Assembly: GCA_965215565.1 (NCBI GenBank)
Contig: CBDCDZ010000004.1
Span: forward strand, 1,184,001 to 1,248,000
Reading direction: 5' to 3'
From: Trueperaceae bacterium
Lineage (GTDB): Bacteria; Deinococcota; Deinococci; Deinococcales; Trueperaceae
DNA: 64,000 nt
This document shows positions 37,896 to 46,946 of the stretch, piece by piece; positions within the stretch are counted from its first letter, which is position 1, and every line of letters begins with the position of its first letter. The notes beneath the pieces were generated by a model, which saw nothing but the letters and a program-made list of their open reading frames with translations, was not told the DNA's origin and made no database searches. A program made the position numbers and the translations under genes.

Positions 37896-38957
37896 ATGGA
37901 CTCAGATGACCTCATTCAAAACGCTGAGAGTTACGCCGAACGTCTCGCCAAGCGCGTCTATTCTAGAGAGGGCGTCGAGATGGTCTTGGCGCTCGAGAAT
38001 CTAAGAGACTCGAGCAAAGAGATACAAGCCAACAAAACGGTTAAAGAAGCAGATGACCTCTTAGCTAACGCGGTCCAAAAGCTCGCGGCGCGTCTTTTGA
38101 CCTCTCGTTTAACGTCTGAGCCCGCCAGGGCCTTGCAGTTGGCGCTCGAGCTAGTCGCTTTTCACGACTTTGGTCAGGACGCTGCACTTCTTGACGTTAC
38201 GCCGCTCGAACGTCGCCGCTTTACCTCTTCAACTTCGGCAGAACCGGAGAACACGCTAGCCTCGGATGGTGACGCGGATACCACATACATTACACGAGCG
38301 CTCCGCAATGGGCGCTTTGTCCGCTCGGTCAACTTTCACAATACGTTTGCTGAGGATAGAGCCAAACTCAGCGCGCAACTCGGGGCGCTTGCAGAGCGAT
38401 TTAAGAGCATCGGCATATCGGATTTGGAGAAGCTCGTAGCAGGCGAACCTTGGACGGATGAGCGTCCGCCCATTTTGCTCGTGTTTTACGAAGGAACGCG
38501 CAACCACGTTGACGTCGCCGCGCCGCTCCTCAGCGAACTAGGCTCAACGGGGATATTCTGCCTTATTCCGGGCTTCATCGACACGCCTATTTCTGAGCAA
38601 GCCAGTTTCGCCGCCGCGCATAAGATCGACGTGGACCCGCTCGAGTACAAAGGCGGACGTCTCGCCATGACCTGGAATGAGGTGCGCGCTCTAGCGGCGC
38701 AAGGTCACGCTTTCACCTGTCACACCATGACGCACGCCGACCCGTACGACGCGGGGAACGATTTGCGGCTCGAGAGCTTGGGCGCGGTAAAGAGGTTGGA
38801 GGACGAGTTGGCTCAAGAGATAACCTCTTTCGTGTGGCAGCGCGGCGTCGCTTGGGGTGCACTGCCTCACGCCGACGCCTACTTGCAAGAGGGCGGTATC
38901 CGCCTCCTCATCAGCGCCGTCAAGGTGACGCGGTTGCCCTTGCCGAACCTCATGTAG
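37896..38957 (+). CDS. Polysaccharide deacetylase (CE4/NodB-like) with N-terminal helical extension
   Basis: VNFH, VFYEG (variant of TFDDG), MTWNEVR.L and CHTMTH motifs. Confidence 0.7.
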   Translation: MDSDDLIQNAESYAERLAKRVYSREGVEMVLALENLRDSSKEIQANKTVKEADDLLANAVQKLAARLLTSRLTSEPARALQLALELVAFHDFGQDAALLDVTPLERRRFTSSTSAEPENTLASDGDADTTYITRALRNGRFVRSVNFHNTFAEDRAKLSAQLGALAERFKSIGISDLEKLVAGEPWTDERPPILLVFYEGTRNHVDVAAPLLSELGSTGIFCLIPGFIDTPISEQASFAAAHKIDVDPLEYKGGRLAMTWNEVRALAAQGHAFTCHTMTHADPYDAGNDLRLESLGAVKRLEDELAQEITSFVWQRGVAWGALPHADAYLQEGGIRLLISAVKVTRLPLPNLM

Positions 38958-39113
38958 CGATACTTCCTATGGTCCCCGCAGTGCCTTCTTACACAACCCT
39001 TATACCTCGCCGCTAAAATCCTAATATACTAGGTGGGTTTGGCGCTGCGGATGCGCCGCTGTGGTTTCGCCGGGTCAACCCGGCGAGAACCGCAAAGAAG
39101 GGATTGTATAGGT

Positions 39114-40070
39114 ATGGACCCGATTATGATTCAACTGGGACCGCTCGCGGTCCGCTGGTACGGCTTTTTGATCGCGTTAGGCGTGCTGATTGGCTCGAGC
39201 TGGGCGCTGAGAGAAGCGGAGCGGCGCAATCTTGATACGGAGAAGCTTTTAGATATGACCCTGTGGCTCGTTGTCGCAGGTCTTATCGGCGCGCGCCTCA
39301 TCTACGTCATCACGAGCCCGAGCGCGTACTTCGGACCGAACGGCAACCCCTTAAACGCCTTCGCGATTTGGCAGGGCGGCGGCAGTATTCACGGGGGCGT
39401 GTTGGGTATTTTCGTCGCAGTCTGGATTTACTCGCGCATCCATAACCTCAACATGTGGTCCTATCTGGACACGCTCGCGCCGGTGGGCGCACTGGGTGTC
39501 ATTGGCGGGCGCATCGGCAACTTCATGAACGGCTCGGACACCACCGGACGCTTGACGGGCTGGCCCATCGGCTATACTTGGCCGGAGCCGGGCACGGACA
39601 CCTTCGGCGCGTTCGGGCGTTTCTTCTTCGGCGACAACTTGTGGGCAGCGTATCCGGGGACGTGTAGTATCTCGGGCGTCAGCCTCTCGCAGTGTATCCA
39701 ACAGGGCGGCGAAATCCTGCGCGGACCTGTTCACCTCACGCAGATTTACGGCGCGGTCATCGGCGTCATCTTAGTCGGTATCGTCTGGTGGTCGTTTCGC
39801 AGGAGCCGCACGCCGGGCTTCGCTTGGTGGCAGTTCATCTTGTGGTACTCGGTCTTGCGCTCGGTCCTCGAGGAGCCTTTCCGCGACAACCCGCTCTTCT
39901 GGCAGGTCTACCTCTCCGAAGGCGTCAATGCGCCGGGCGTAGGTCTCTTCACGCTGACGCAGCTCGTCAGCATCCCGCTGGTGCTCATCTCCGTGTACTT
40001 CCTCCTTATCTTGAACCCCGACGAGGTGGAGAAAAAAGAGCGGCTTTCGATGAAGGCGAGAGGTCGCTGA
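39114..40070 (+). CDS. lgt: Prolipoprotein diacylglyceryl transferase
   Basis: RWYG, GARL.Y, SIHGG and GRIGNFMN motifs. Confidence 0.93.
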   Translation: MDPIMIQLGPLAVRWYGFLIALGVLIGSSWALREAERRNLDTEKLLDMTLWLVVAGLIGARLIYVITSPSAYFGPNGNPLNAFAIWQGGGSIHGGVLGIFVAVWIYSRIHNLNMWSYLDTLAPVGALGVIGGRIGNFMNGSDTTGRLTGWPIGYTWPEPGTDTFGAFGRFFFGDNLWAAYPGTCSISGVSLSQCIQQGGEILRGPVHLTQIYGAVIGVILVGIVWWSFRRSRTPGFAWWQFILWYSVLRSVLEEPFRDNPLFWQVYLSEGVNAPGVGLFTLTQLVSIPLVLISVYFLLILNPDEVEKKERLSMKARGR

Positions 40071-40071
40071 G

Positions 40072-40803
40072 TTGCACTTAGCAGTCGTAATTTTAGCGGC
40101 GGGTCAGGGCACGCGGATGAAGTCTGACCTGCCCAAAGTGCTCCACAAAGCGGCGGGGCACTCGCTTGTGGAGCACGTTATTAAGGCGGTTACGCCGTTA
40201 GAACCCGAACACATCGTCGTCGTAACGGGGTACAAAGCGGAAGAGGTCGAAGCGGAGCTAGCCGACGAGCCCATCAAGTTCGCCCGTCAGACGGAGCAGT
40301 TGGGCACAGGGCACGCACTTCTGCAAACAAAAGAGGTGTTGCAGGGGTTCGGCGGCGCGGTGATGGTCTTAAATGGCGACGGACCGCTTCTTAAAACGGA
40401 GACGCTAGAAAAGTTAGCGCGAACGCAGCAAGACTCAGGCGCAGGTATGACTTTAGTCACATGTGATGTGAGCGACCCGCAAGGTCTAGGGCGCATCATC
40501 CGCAAGGAAGACGGCAGCGTCGCCAAAATTGTCGAGGAGAAAGACGCAACGGATGAAGAGCGCCGGGTAAACGAAATCAATCCTGGTATCTATATTTTTG
40601 ACAAGAGCGTCCTCGAGATTGCCGAAGGGCTCTCCAACGACAATGCCGCAGGCGAATACTACATCACCGATTTGGTGGACCTCTACTTGCAAGCGGGGCG
40701 CAGTGTGCAGGCGGTTGTGGCGGAGGACGAGACGGAGATTTTGGCGGTGAACGACCGGGAGCAGCTTGCGGCGGTGGAGCGGATTTTGCAAGCTCGAGAT
40801 TGA
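40072..40803 (+). CDS. glmU: GlmU-like N-acetylglucosamine-1-phosphate uridyltransferase (N-terminal domain only)
   Basis: LAAGQGTRMKS..PKVLH, QLGTGHA, EYYITD and AVNDREQL motifs; stops before the left-handed beta-helix. Confidence 0.75.
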   Translation: MHLAVVILAAGQGTRMKSDLPKVLHKAAGHSLVEHVIKAVTPLEPEHIVVVTGYKAEEVEAELADEPIKFARQTEQLGTGHALLQTKEVLQGFGGAVMVLNGDGPLLKTETLEKLARTQQDSGAGMTLVTCDVSDPQGLGRIIRKEDGSVAKIVEEKDATDEERRVNEINPGIYIFDKSVLEIAEGLSNDNAAGEYYITDLVDLYLQAGRSVQAVVAEDETEILAVNDREQLAAVERILQARD

Positions 40804-40858
40804 GTGATGGTGTCTGCCCTAATTGAACAATTATTTGGAGGAGCAAAATCGTTCAACG

Positions 40859-41605
40859 TTAGAGACGCTGATTGTTCTCTACTTCAAACAACGATTGGTC
40901 CACAGGTTGATTGAAGAGGTAGCGTTGACGCTGGTCTGAGAAGAGAAAACCCTCTTCCTTCCACGCTGTATATATCCTTGTTGTAACGTCCATCTGCAGA
41001 CCATTTGGAGCAACCTCGATGTCATAAAGAATAATGTCATCATCGGATAGGAATCCGTCGTTGACAACTGCGGCAAGAGGTTTGCCCAGCACATCAAAGA
41101 TAAATTTTCCCTCTGCATTCCCATTAAATAGCGTCGTATAGCGCAGCGTTACTTGTTCACCTTCAACAGCGTCGCCGTACCTCTTGAAACCGTCGTAGCT
41201 AACGATATTGTAGTCTTTAGGGATAACACCGAAACCTCCCTGCAACCGAGCTGAAAGCTCCTCCGCAATACCCCAAGAACCATCCCGGTAAGTTTTTGTG
41301 TATCCCGCTATCTCCATGCTCGTCACACCGTCAACATAGCGAAGGACAAATTCAACGTCATCGCTTTCAGCTTCGATGTACAAGCGCTGGCGTAAGAGGT
41401 CGATAACTCTGTGAGTCTTTTCTGGTCCCTCTTCAATAGTAGAGGTTTGTTTTGTAGACGTAACGTCGATAGTACGAAGGGGTGGCAAAGCGCGCGCTGC
41501 GGACCCAAGCAGCTCCTCAGCTCGCTCTAATTCCTGCGCACCTGCACTTGCAGTCAAGATTAGGATCAAACTCAAAAGGATCGTTTTCACGTCAAAAGCC
41601 TCCAA
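40859..41605 (-). CDS. Hypothetical secreted protein (AT-richer)
   Basis: Signal-peptide-like N-terminus (SAGAQ); start uncertain. Confidence 0.6.
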   Translation of the reverse strand: MEAFDVKTILLSLILILTASAGAQELERAEELLGSAARALPPLRTIDVTSTKQTSTIEEGPEKTHRVIDLLRQRLYIEAESDDVEFVLRYVDGVTSMEIAGYTKTYRDGSWGIAEELSARLQGGFGVIPKDYNIVSYDGFKRYGDAVEGEQVTLRYTTLFNGNAEGKFIFDVLGKPLAAVVNDGFLSDDDIILYDIEVAPNGLQMDVTTRIYTAWKEEGFLFSDQRQRYLFNQPVDQSLFEVENNQRL

Positions 41606-41659
41606 CAGATAGGGCTGTTAATGGTAGAGCTTTTGCGTGACCGGGTGGGATGAAGTTAC

Positions 41660-42550
41660 TTACTGCACCTCTAGACTCACCACCTCATGCAACAAACTCG
41701 TAAAGGTCTCCGGGTCGTCCAGCCAGGGATAATGCCCGGCATCTAACAGGCTCGTCAGGGCGTGTGGCATCGCGGATAAGATGCGCTCGGCTTGGTCGGG
41801 GTAGCAGGTTTTGTCATCCTTGCCGATGAGGATAACCGTAGGGTGGCTTATGCCTGAAGGGTCAACCTTTAGGTTCCAAATATTCGCGTCGCCAGGGGCG
41901 GTGGCGACGCTCTCGCTCAGGCCGGCGAAGGACTCGGCGTCACTGTGCTCGAGCCGCAACCGACTCCCCACTTTCGGAAACTCCATCGCGTCGAAGAGCT
42001 GTTTCGCCCCCAACCAAGAGGTCGCTTGCTCTACGCGCTCGGCCGGCGTCATCTCTACAAGCTCGTCCTCGTTGCCCGTAAGCCGCGCCGCTTCGCGCTG
42101 CATGGCGAGCGCTAAAAGCGACATATCCACCCAAGGATTGACCAAGAGGAGGCGCGTCACGCGCCCTGGATGCTGGGCGGCGACGCCGAGCGCGATCATG
42201 GCACCGAAGCCGTGAGCGAGTAACGTGGTGCGCTCCAACTCCAACCCATCTAAAATCTCGGTGACGTCGTCAGCAAGTCTTTCTAAGTCTAGCGCGTTAC
42301 TCAGTCCACTCAGCGACGGACTCCGCCCCGCACCGCGTTGGTCGGCGTAAATCATGCGGTAGCGCTCTAACTCGTCACCCATGAGGTCACGGAAGGAGTA
42401 GCTGTTGTAGCCGGGACCGCTGTGTAAATAGAGGAGGGGCGGCGCGTCTCGCGGTCCGACAACCTCGAGGTAAAGCTCGGCGTCTTCGGTTTCCAGGCGG
42501 TACGCCGTGTCGATAAAAGAGGTTTGTTCTTTTGTACTTGGGTCAGCCAT
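41660..42550 (-). CDS. Alpha/beta hydrolase fold protein (proline-iminopeptidase-like)
   Basis: LHSGPG, DQRGAGRS and AGHYPW motifs; nucleophile elbow reads AHGFG. Confidence 0.8.
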   Translation of the reverse strand: MADPSTKEQTSFIDTAYRLETEDAELYLEVVGPRDAPPLLYLHSGPGYNSYSFRDLMGDELERYRMIYADQRGAGRSPSLSGLSNALDLERLADDVTEILDGLELERTTLLAHGFGAMIALGVAAQHPGRVTRLLLVNPWVDMSLLALAMQREAARLTGNEDELVEMTPAERVEQATSWLGAKQLFDAMEFPKVGSRLRLEHSDAESFAGLSESVATAPGDANIWNLKVDPSGISHPTVILIGKDDKTCYPDQAERILSAMPHALTSLLDAGHYPWLDDPETFTSLLHEVVSLEVQ

Positions 42551-42595
42551 AGGCGTACTTTAAGGGCTCGAGCAAAAGGGCGCTGTAGCGTACCC

Positions 42596-42832
42596 TTAAC
42601 CGCCAGCGACCTCTTCAACCTCGCGAAAAACCCAGAGCTTCGTCCCCTGCGGTGCGGTGGGCGGCTCACTTCTAAGCGTCCACATACTTACGAGCAGATA
42701 GAGTCCGGCCTGCTGCGCACTCTCCAAAAGCTTAACCTCTTGGCATCCTTCTACATTCATAAGCGTCGAGCGAAACGCCTCTAAGACCTCTTTGGCACCG
42801 TCGCCTGAGCGTTCAAAAAAGATGGTTTGCAC
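42596..42832 (-). CDS. Small ABM/Dabb-like protein
   Basis: 78 aa; GLYLLVSMW; leaderless TACACT box. Confidence 0.55.
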   Translation of the reverse strand: MQTIFFERSGDGAKEVLEAFRSTLMNVEGCQEVKLLESAQQAGLYLLVSMWTLRSEPPTAPQGTKLWVFREVEEVAGG

Positions 42833-42927
42833 AACGCTCAGTGTAGCTTAAAAGAGTGTCAGCCAGCCAGATTTGCTGGTTTTACCTGACCTGCTGAAAC
42901 GCCGACGAGCTGACAGGTTCTTCTGTG

Positions 42928-43049
42928 AGCAGTTCCAAGACATACTGAGACGGGTGAGCGCAGATATCATCTCGGAATATGCGCGCTAGACGCCGTTTCA
43001 TCTAGTGAGCGTGTTGCTTCGCACAACTTCGTACACTCAAACCAGATGA
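42928..43049. repeat. Family A repeat, left part, interrupted by IS110 (remainder at 44174-44184)
   Basis: agcagttccaagacatactgagacgg...ctcaaaccagatga matches the intact copy at 57650-57783. Confidence 0.85.
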
Positions 43050-43065
43050 ACTTAGTATAGAGTTG

Positions 43066-44004
43066 TCAAGCCCCCTTCCACCTCTGTGGGTGCTGCTGAG
43101 TGACTTGCAGCATGAAACGAAAGAGTTCTCTTGCGAGATAGGTTTTGAGACTTCTTAGAGCAGCCCGGCGGGTCTTGCCTTGCTGCTGTTTCTTGTCGAG
43201 ATAGGCTCTTGTCGGTTCGCTGTGGCGCAGTCTGACTTGGGCAATCATGTGAAAGGTGCGGTTGAGCCGACGGTTGCCGCCGATGTTGAGTTGCCTTCTC
43301 TTCTGACCACCAGAAGAGCGCTCGACAGGCGCACAACCTGAATACATGGCAAAGGCGTGTTGTGAACGAAAGCGTCGGATGTCACCTGCTTCAGCAAGTA
43401 GCGTGGCGGCGTGAACGACGCCGACGCCAAAGACCTCTAAGAGTTCAGGCATCAGTTCGTCAACGAGGGCTTTCATCGCCTGCTCGAGCGTCTTGAGTTG
43501 TTCTTTAAGCACTGCAATAACGGCTTCGACGGCTTGGCGAGCCACCTCTAGCTCAAGGCTCGCTAAGCTCAGCTTGTGCGCTGTAAGCTGTTTAGCTAGC
43601 GCTTCTCGGGTGCGGGTCAGATGTTTGAGGTCTTCAACCGCTTGCCGAGGTGCAAACGTAGTCAGCTCAGGATTAGCCAAAGCAGCCCGAGCTACGTTTT
43701 CAGCGTCTACCTCATCACTCTTCTTGCGTCCTCTTTTGCTGCGGTACTGACTCGTCAGACTCGGACTAATGTCCACAACCTTATGGTCCTGCCCGAGCAA
43801 CGCTTGACTCAACCTCCGAGCAAAGGGGTTATTCGCCCCTTCAATAGCGCACCGCTGAACGTCATAGCGCTTTATCCAGTGCTCCAAAGTTGCCAAGCCC
43901 TCAGCCGTATTCGTAACGGTGCAGTGACCTAATACCTTGCCCTGTTTATCTAACGCTGCTGCGGTATGGCTCTGCGGATGTGGATCAACCCCTATAATGA
44001 CCAT
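43066..44004 (-). CDS. IS110 DEDD recombinase/transposase
   Basis: IIGVD, AIEG and KSDEVDA (DEDD); GVGVV.AA.LLAEAGD; ERSSGG catalytic Ser; GNRRLN. Confidence 0.95.
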   Translation of the reverse strand: MVIIGVDPHPQSHTAAALDKQGKVLGHCTVTNTAEGLATLEHWIKRYDVQRCAIEGANNPFARRLSQALLGQDHKVVDISPSLTSQYRSKRGRKKSDEVDAENVARAALANPELTTFAPRQAVEDLKHLTRTREALAKQLTAHKLSLASLELEVARQAVEAVIAVLKEQLKTLEQAMKALVDELMPELLEVFGVGVVHAATLLAEAGDIRRFRSQHAFAMYSGCAPVERSSGGQKRRQLNIGGNRRLNRTFHMIAQVRLRHSEPTRAYLDKKQQQGKTRRAALRSLKTYLARELFRFMLQVTQQHPQRWKGA

Positions 44005-44019
44005 ACAACCTCCTTAGGT

Positions 44020-44162
44020 TGCTGCTCACGGTAGCTGCTTATCCGTCTATGAGGCTACTAAGCGTCTTAGTATCAGGCAAGCTCCGTGTAGCTTAGTGAG
44101 CGAGGTGTGCAGTTCATCTGTTAGCCCTAAAGCTGATACTTGCTGGGCATCACCTCGCTTCT
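44020..44162 (-). ncRNA. Predicted IS110 bridge RNA (target- and donor-binding loops)
   Basis: Stem 44099-44107/44151-44159 encloses AGCAAGUAUC and CAGAUGA, which match the insertion target; second domain has donor-like ACUAAG and ACGGA. Confidence 0.75.
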
Positions 44163-44370
44163 CTTAATATACGGATACCTGCTATGTGAACCATCTTAAA
44201 CAGTGCGAGAAGAAATATGCTACCTTGAACTATGTAACCCTTACATCTTCACCGCTTACGGCAGCGCGCTGCTCTTCGATGTTCGCCCGAATGAGCACAA
44301 ACCGGGGGAAACGCGAGCGAAGAGTAGGTGCTTTTTCCAAACGTACATATTCCTCATTGCGGAGGAACAC

Positions 44371-44796
44371 ATGAAAACTAACAAGCCCAGGGTGCGTACA
44401 CTCCAGGAGCTTCAGCCTTTGGTCAAGCGCGGCGATTACCGCATCTGCGCCCACGCCGTCAAGCACGCCGCCTGTGAGGGCTTCACCGAGCGTGACATCG
44501 TCGGCACGCTGCTCTACGGGCGCGAACTGCTGCGCTACGTTCACGACGAGCGGCTCTTAGTCTTAGGCTATATCCGCCCTAGCGTAGAGGTGCAGATTCC
44601 CTTGCACGTGGTGCTCGAGTACGCCAAGCCGAGGTGGGTGGACGTTGTGACCGCTTTTATCCCCAAAGACGCCCATCACGCCATCTCGCGCGAACGCCTC
44701 GCGCAGATGCTGCGCTACGACCGCGCGCCCAAAGAGCGCGAGGGGAGAGAGCGTCGGGAGAACGTCAAGTTAGTCGGGCGTGAGCTGAGGTCTTAG
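44371..44796 (+). CDS. DUF4258 domain protein
   Basis: Y...HA.K....EG, PLHVV and VVTAFIP motifs; GGAGG RBS. Confidence 0.7.
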   Translation: MKTNKPRVRTLQELQPLVKRGDYRICAHAVKHAACEGFTERDIVGTLLYGRELLRYVHDERLLVLGYIRPSVEVQIPLHVVLEYAKPRWVDVVTAFIPKDAHHAISRERLAQMLRYDRAPKEREGRERRENVKLVGRELRS

Positions 44797-44863
44797 TTAG
44801 AGTTCGCGGATTCAAACTGCCCACGGTGCGTTTTGCCTCGCATGTAAGAATAATGGGTAGCGA

Positions 44864-44966
44864 CTCTCTGGAATGGCACTGGTACCACAACAAGGGGTTG
44901 CAACCCCTTGTTCATTGCACGGCGACGGTAGAAGGAACGCGCGGCGGCATTCGACTTAGAACCGCC
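44864..44966. repeat. REP-like repeat (family C), CAAGGGGTT-CAACCCCTTG hairpin
   Basis: Similar to 52526-52645, including gcggcattcgacttagaacc. Confidence 0.6.
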
Positions 44967-45059
44967 TCCTCCGTATGACTTTCAACTCGGCGGCGTGTCC
45001 ACTGCAATATGTCATACTTACCTCTTGGGGCGACGATTCGCATGAGACACGGAGGGACG

Positions 45060-46268
45060 ATGCCAGGAATTGCAATGATCGGTGCGCAGTGGGGTGACGA
45101 GGGCAAGGGCAAGGTGGTGGACGCGCTCGCCGCGGACGCCGACGTCGTCGTGCGCTATTCGGGTGGCGCGAACGCGGGTCACACCGTCGTCGCGGGCGGC
45201 GATATCTTTAAGCTCCATCACCTGCCCTGCGGCGTGCTCCACGAGAAACCTGTTTCGGTATTGGGCGCGGGCATGGTCATCGATCCTTGGGACTTTAGGG
45301 CGGAGTACGCCGCCTTCGCCGAGCGCCAGTCGCCCGGCGAGGTGGTCATCTCAGATGAGGCGCATCTCGTCTTGCCACACCACCGCAGAAACGACGAGGG
45401 CGGCGGCTTCGTCGGCACGACGGGGCGCGGCATCGGTCCCTGTTATTCGGACAAGGCGCGCCGGGTGGGGCTGCGTTTCGGCGATTTAGCGGATGAAGCG
45501 ACGCTCCGCGAGCGTCTAGAACGACTTTTAGCCGCCAAACCGAACTCGACGGCTAGGGTGGGCTGGACAGATGTGGATACGGCGTTTGACGCGCTCCAAG
45601 AGGTCCGCGCCTTCGTTCTTCCGTTTATTCGAGATACAGGAGCATTCGTGCGCAGCGCGCTCAAAGAGGACGAGCGCGTCTTGTTCGAAGGCGGACAGGG
45701 CACGATGCTCGATCTCACCTACGGTACGTACCCTTACGTCACGAGCAGTCACCCGACGGTGGGCGGCATCTTGGTGGGCGCGGGCGTGAGTCACAAGGCG
45801 CTCGGCGGCGTGTACGGCGTGGTCAAGGCCTTTACGAGCCGCGTGGGGCACGGTCCTTTCATAACCGAAGTCCAGGGCGAAGCCGCCGCGCGGCTACGCG
45901 GCACCGGCTCGAACCAGTGGGACGAATTCGGCACGACTACGGGTAGAGCGCGCCGCGTCGGATGGCTCGACTTGGTGCAACTCAAGTACGCCTGTGAGGT
46001 CAACGGTTTCGACGGGCTCGTCGTCACGAAGTTGGATGTGCTTTCAGGGCTCGAATGCGTGAACGTCTGCACTGCTTACGAACAGGGGCAACCCGTCTAC
46101 ACCTCTTTGCCCGGCTGGGGCGAACTCAAAGGGCTCGGCGAGCGCGAGGCGCTACCCAAGGAGGTCACGGACTACTTGGAACTCATCGAAGCGTTCACCG
46201 AAACGCCGGTGAACATGTTCTCGACGAGCCCTGACAGAGAGGACACGTACGGGGAGATTTCTTGGTGA
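45060..46268 (+). CDS. purA: Adenylosuccinate synthetase
   Basis: QWGDEGKGK, GGANAGHT, GTTGRGIGP, GTYPYVTSS and GTTTGRARRVGW motifs. Confidence 0.97.
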   Translation: MPGIAMIGAQWGDEGKGKVVDALAADADVVVRYSGGANAGHTVVAGGDIFKLHHLPCGVLHEKPVSVLGAGMVIDPWDFRAEYAAFAERQSPGEVVISDEAHLVLPHHRRNDEGGGFVGTTGRGIGPCYSDKARRVGLRFGDLADEATLRERLERLLAAKPNSTARVGWTDVDTAFDALQEVRAFVLPFIRDTGAFVRSALKEDERVLFEGGQGTMLDLTYGTYPYVTSSHPTVGGILVGAGVSHKALGGVYGVVKAFTSRVGHGPFITEVQGEAAARLRGTGSNQWDEFGTTTGRARRVGWLDLVQLKYACEVNGFDGLVVTKLDVLSGLECVNVCTAYEQGQPVYTSLPGWGELKGLGEREALPKEVTDYLELIEAFTETPVNMFSTSPDREDTYGEISW

Positions 46269-46397
46269 ATGGGTCAATTGGGTCTTCAAAGAGGAGCGGT
46301 TCTCGGCAAGGTGCAGCCTCGGGTGAGGTGAACTCGAGCACGACGACATCGACCGGGAGCAGGCGGCGGTTCTGAAGCGCCTTTGAGTTTTGCTCTA

Positions 46398-46552
46398 ATA
46401 CAGATTCCGATTGATTACTACATAAACCCCATTATGAAACTTTGCTTTCCCGGAGGAAAACTTCGTGACCAGCAAACACTGCGTGCTTCGTTAAAGCCGG
46501 AGTTTCTTCCGCTTTTGTGAGTGGGAACAAAGATATGAACTCGGAGCGGTAT
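46398..46552. repeat. Divergent family B (SNR-like) repeat
   Basis: Begins atacagattccgattgattactacataaac, like 2845 and 63364. Confidence 0.55.
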
Positions 46553-46585
46553 GGACGATGACCGAATACCTTTTTCAGTGATATA

Positions 46586-46812
46586 TAGCAGGTATCAAAG
46601 TCTGTCTCGCAAAGCTCGGTTCACGTCAGTACTCGCGCAGCGATGGTGGTTTGAGTGCTCTGCAAGCTCGGACCTTCCGAGACGAAGTACGCCATTAGGC
46701 ACGCTCTCACTTTGAACAGCACACTCTAGCACGCACTTTACGAGATGAAATCCCGCTAGTCCTTGCGGACAGAGGTCTGCGGCATTTTGTCTCAGTATGT
46801 CGTGGAACTGCT
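46586..46812. repeat. Family A repeat, long variant (inverse of 62265-62444)
   Basis: TAGCAGGTATC...GGAACTGCT; extended identity to the reverse complement of 62265-62444. Confidence 0.8.
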
Positions 46813-46946
46813 GATGGAATTGAGCTGAATTCGTATAGGACGGCAACGTTAATCTAGCGCTCATAACATATAGCAAACCTTTAGATTTTACGCTAATAAT
46901 TTTGTTAAAGGTGTGAGATGGGTTATAGTGTTTTCCAGGAGGATTC

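Larger units (their letters stand above)
43048..44175 (-). mobile_element. IS110-family insertion sequence bounded by GA/TC core dinucleotides
   Basis: Boundaries deduced from the empty site at 57768-57783; no TIR or long TSD; TTGACA in the right end and TATATT in the left end. Confidence 0.88.
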
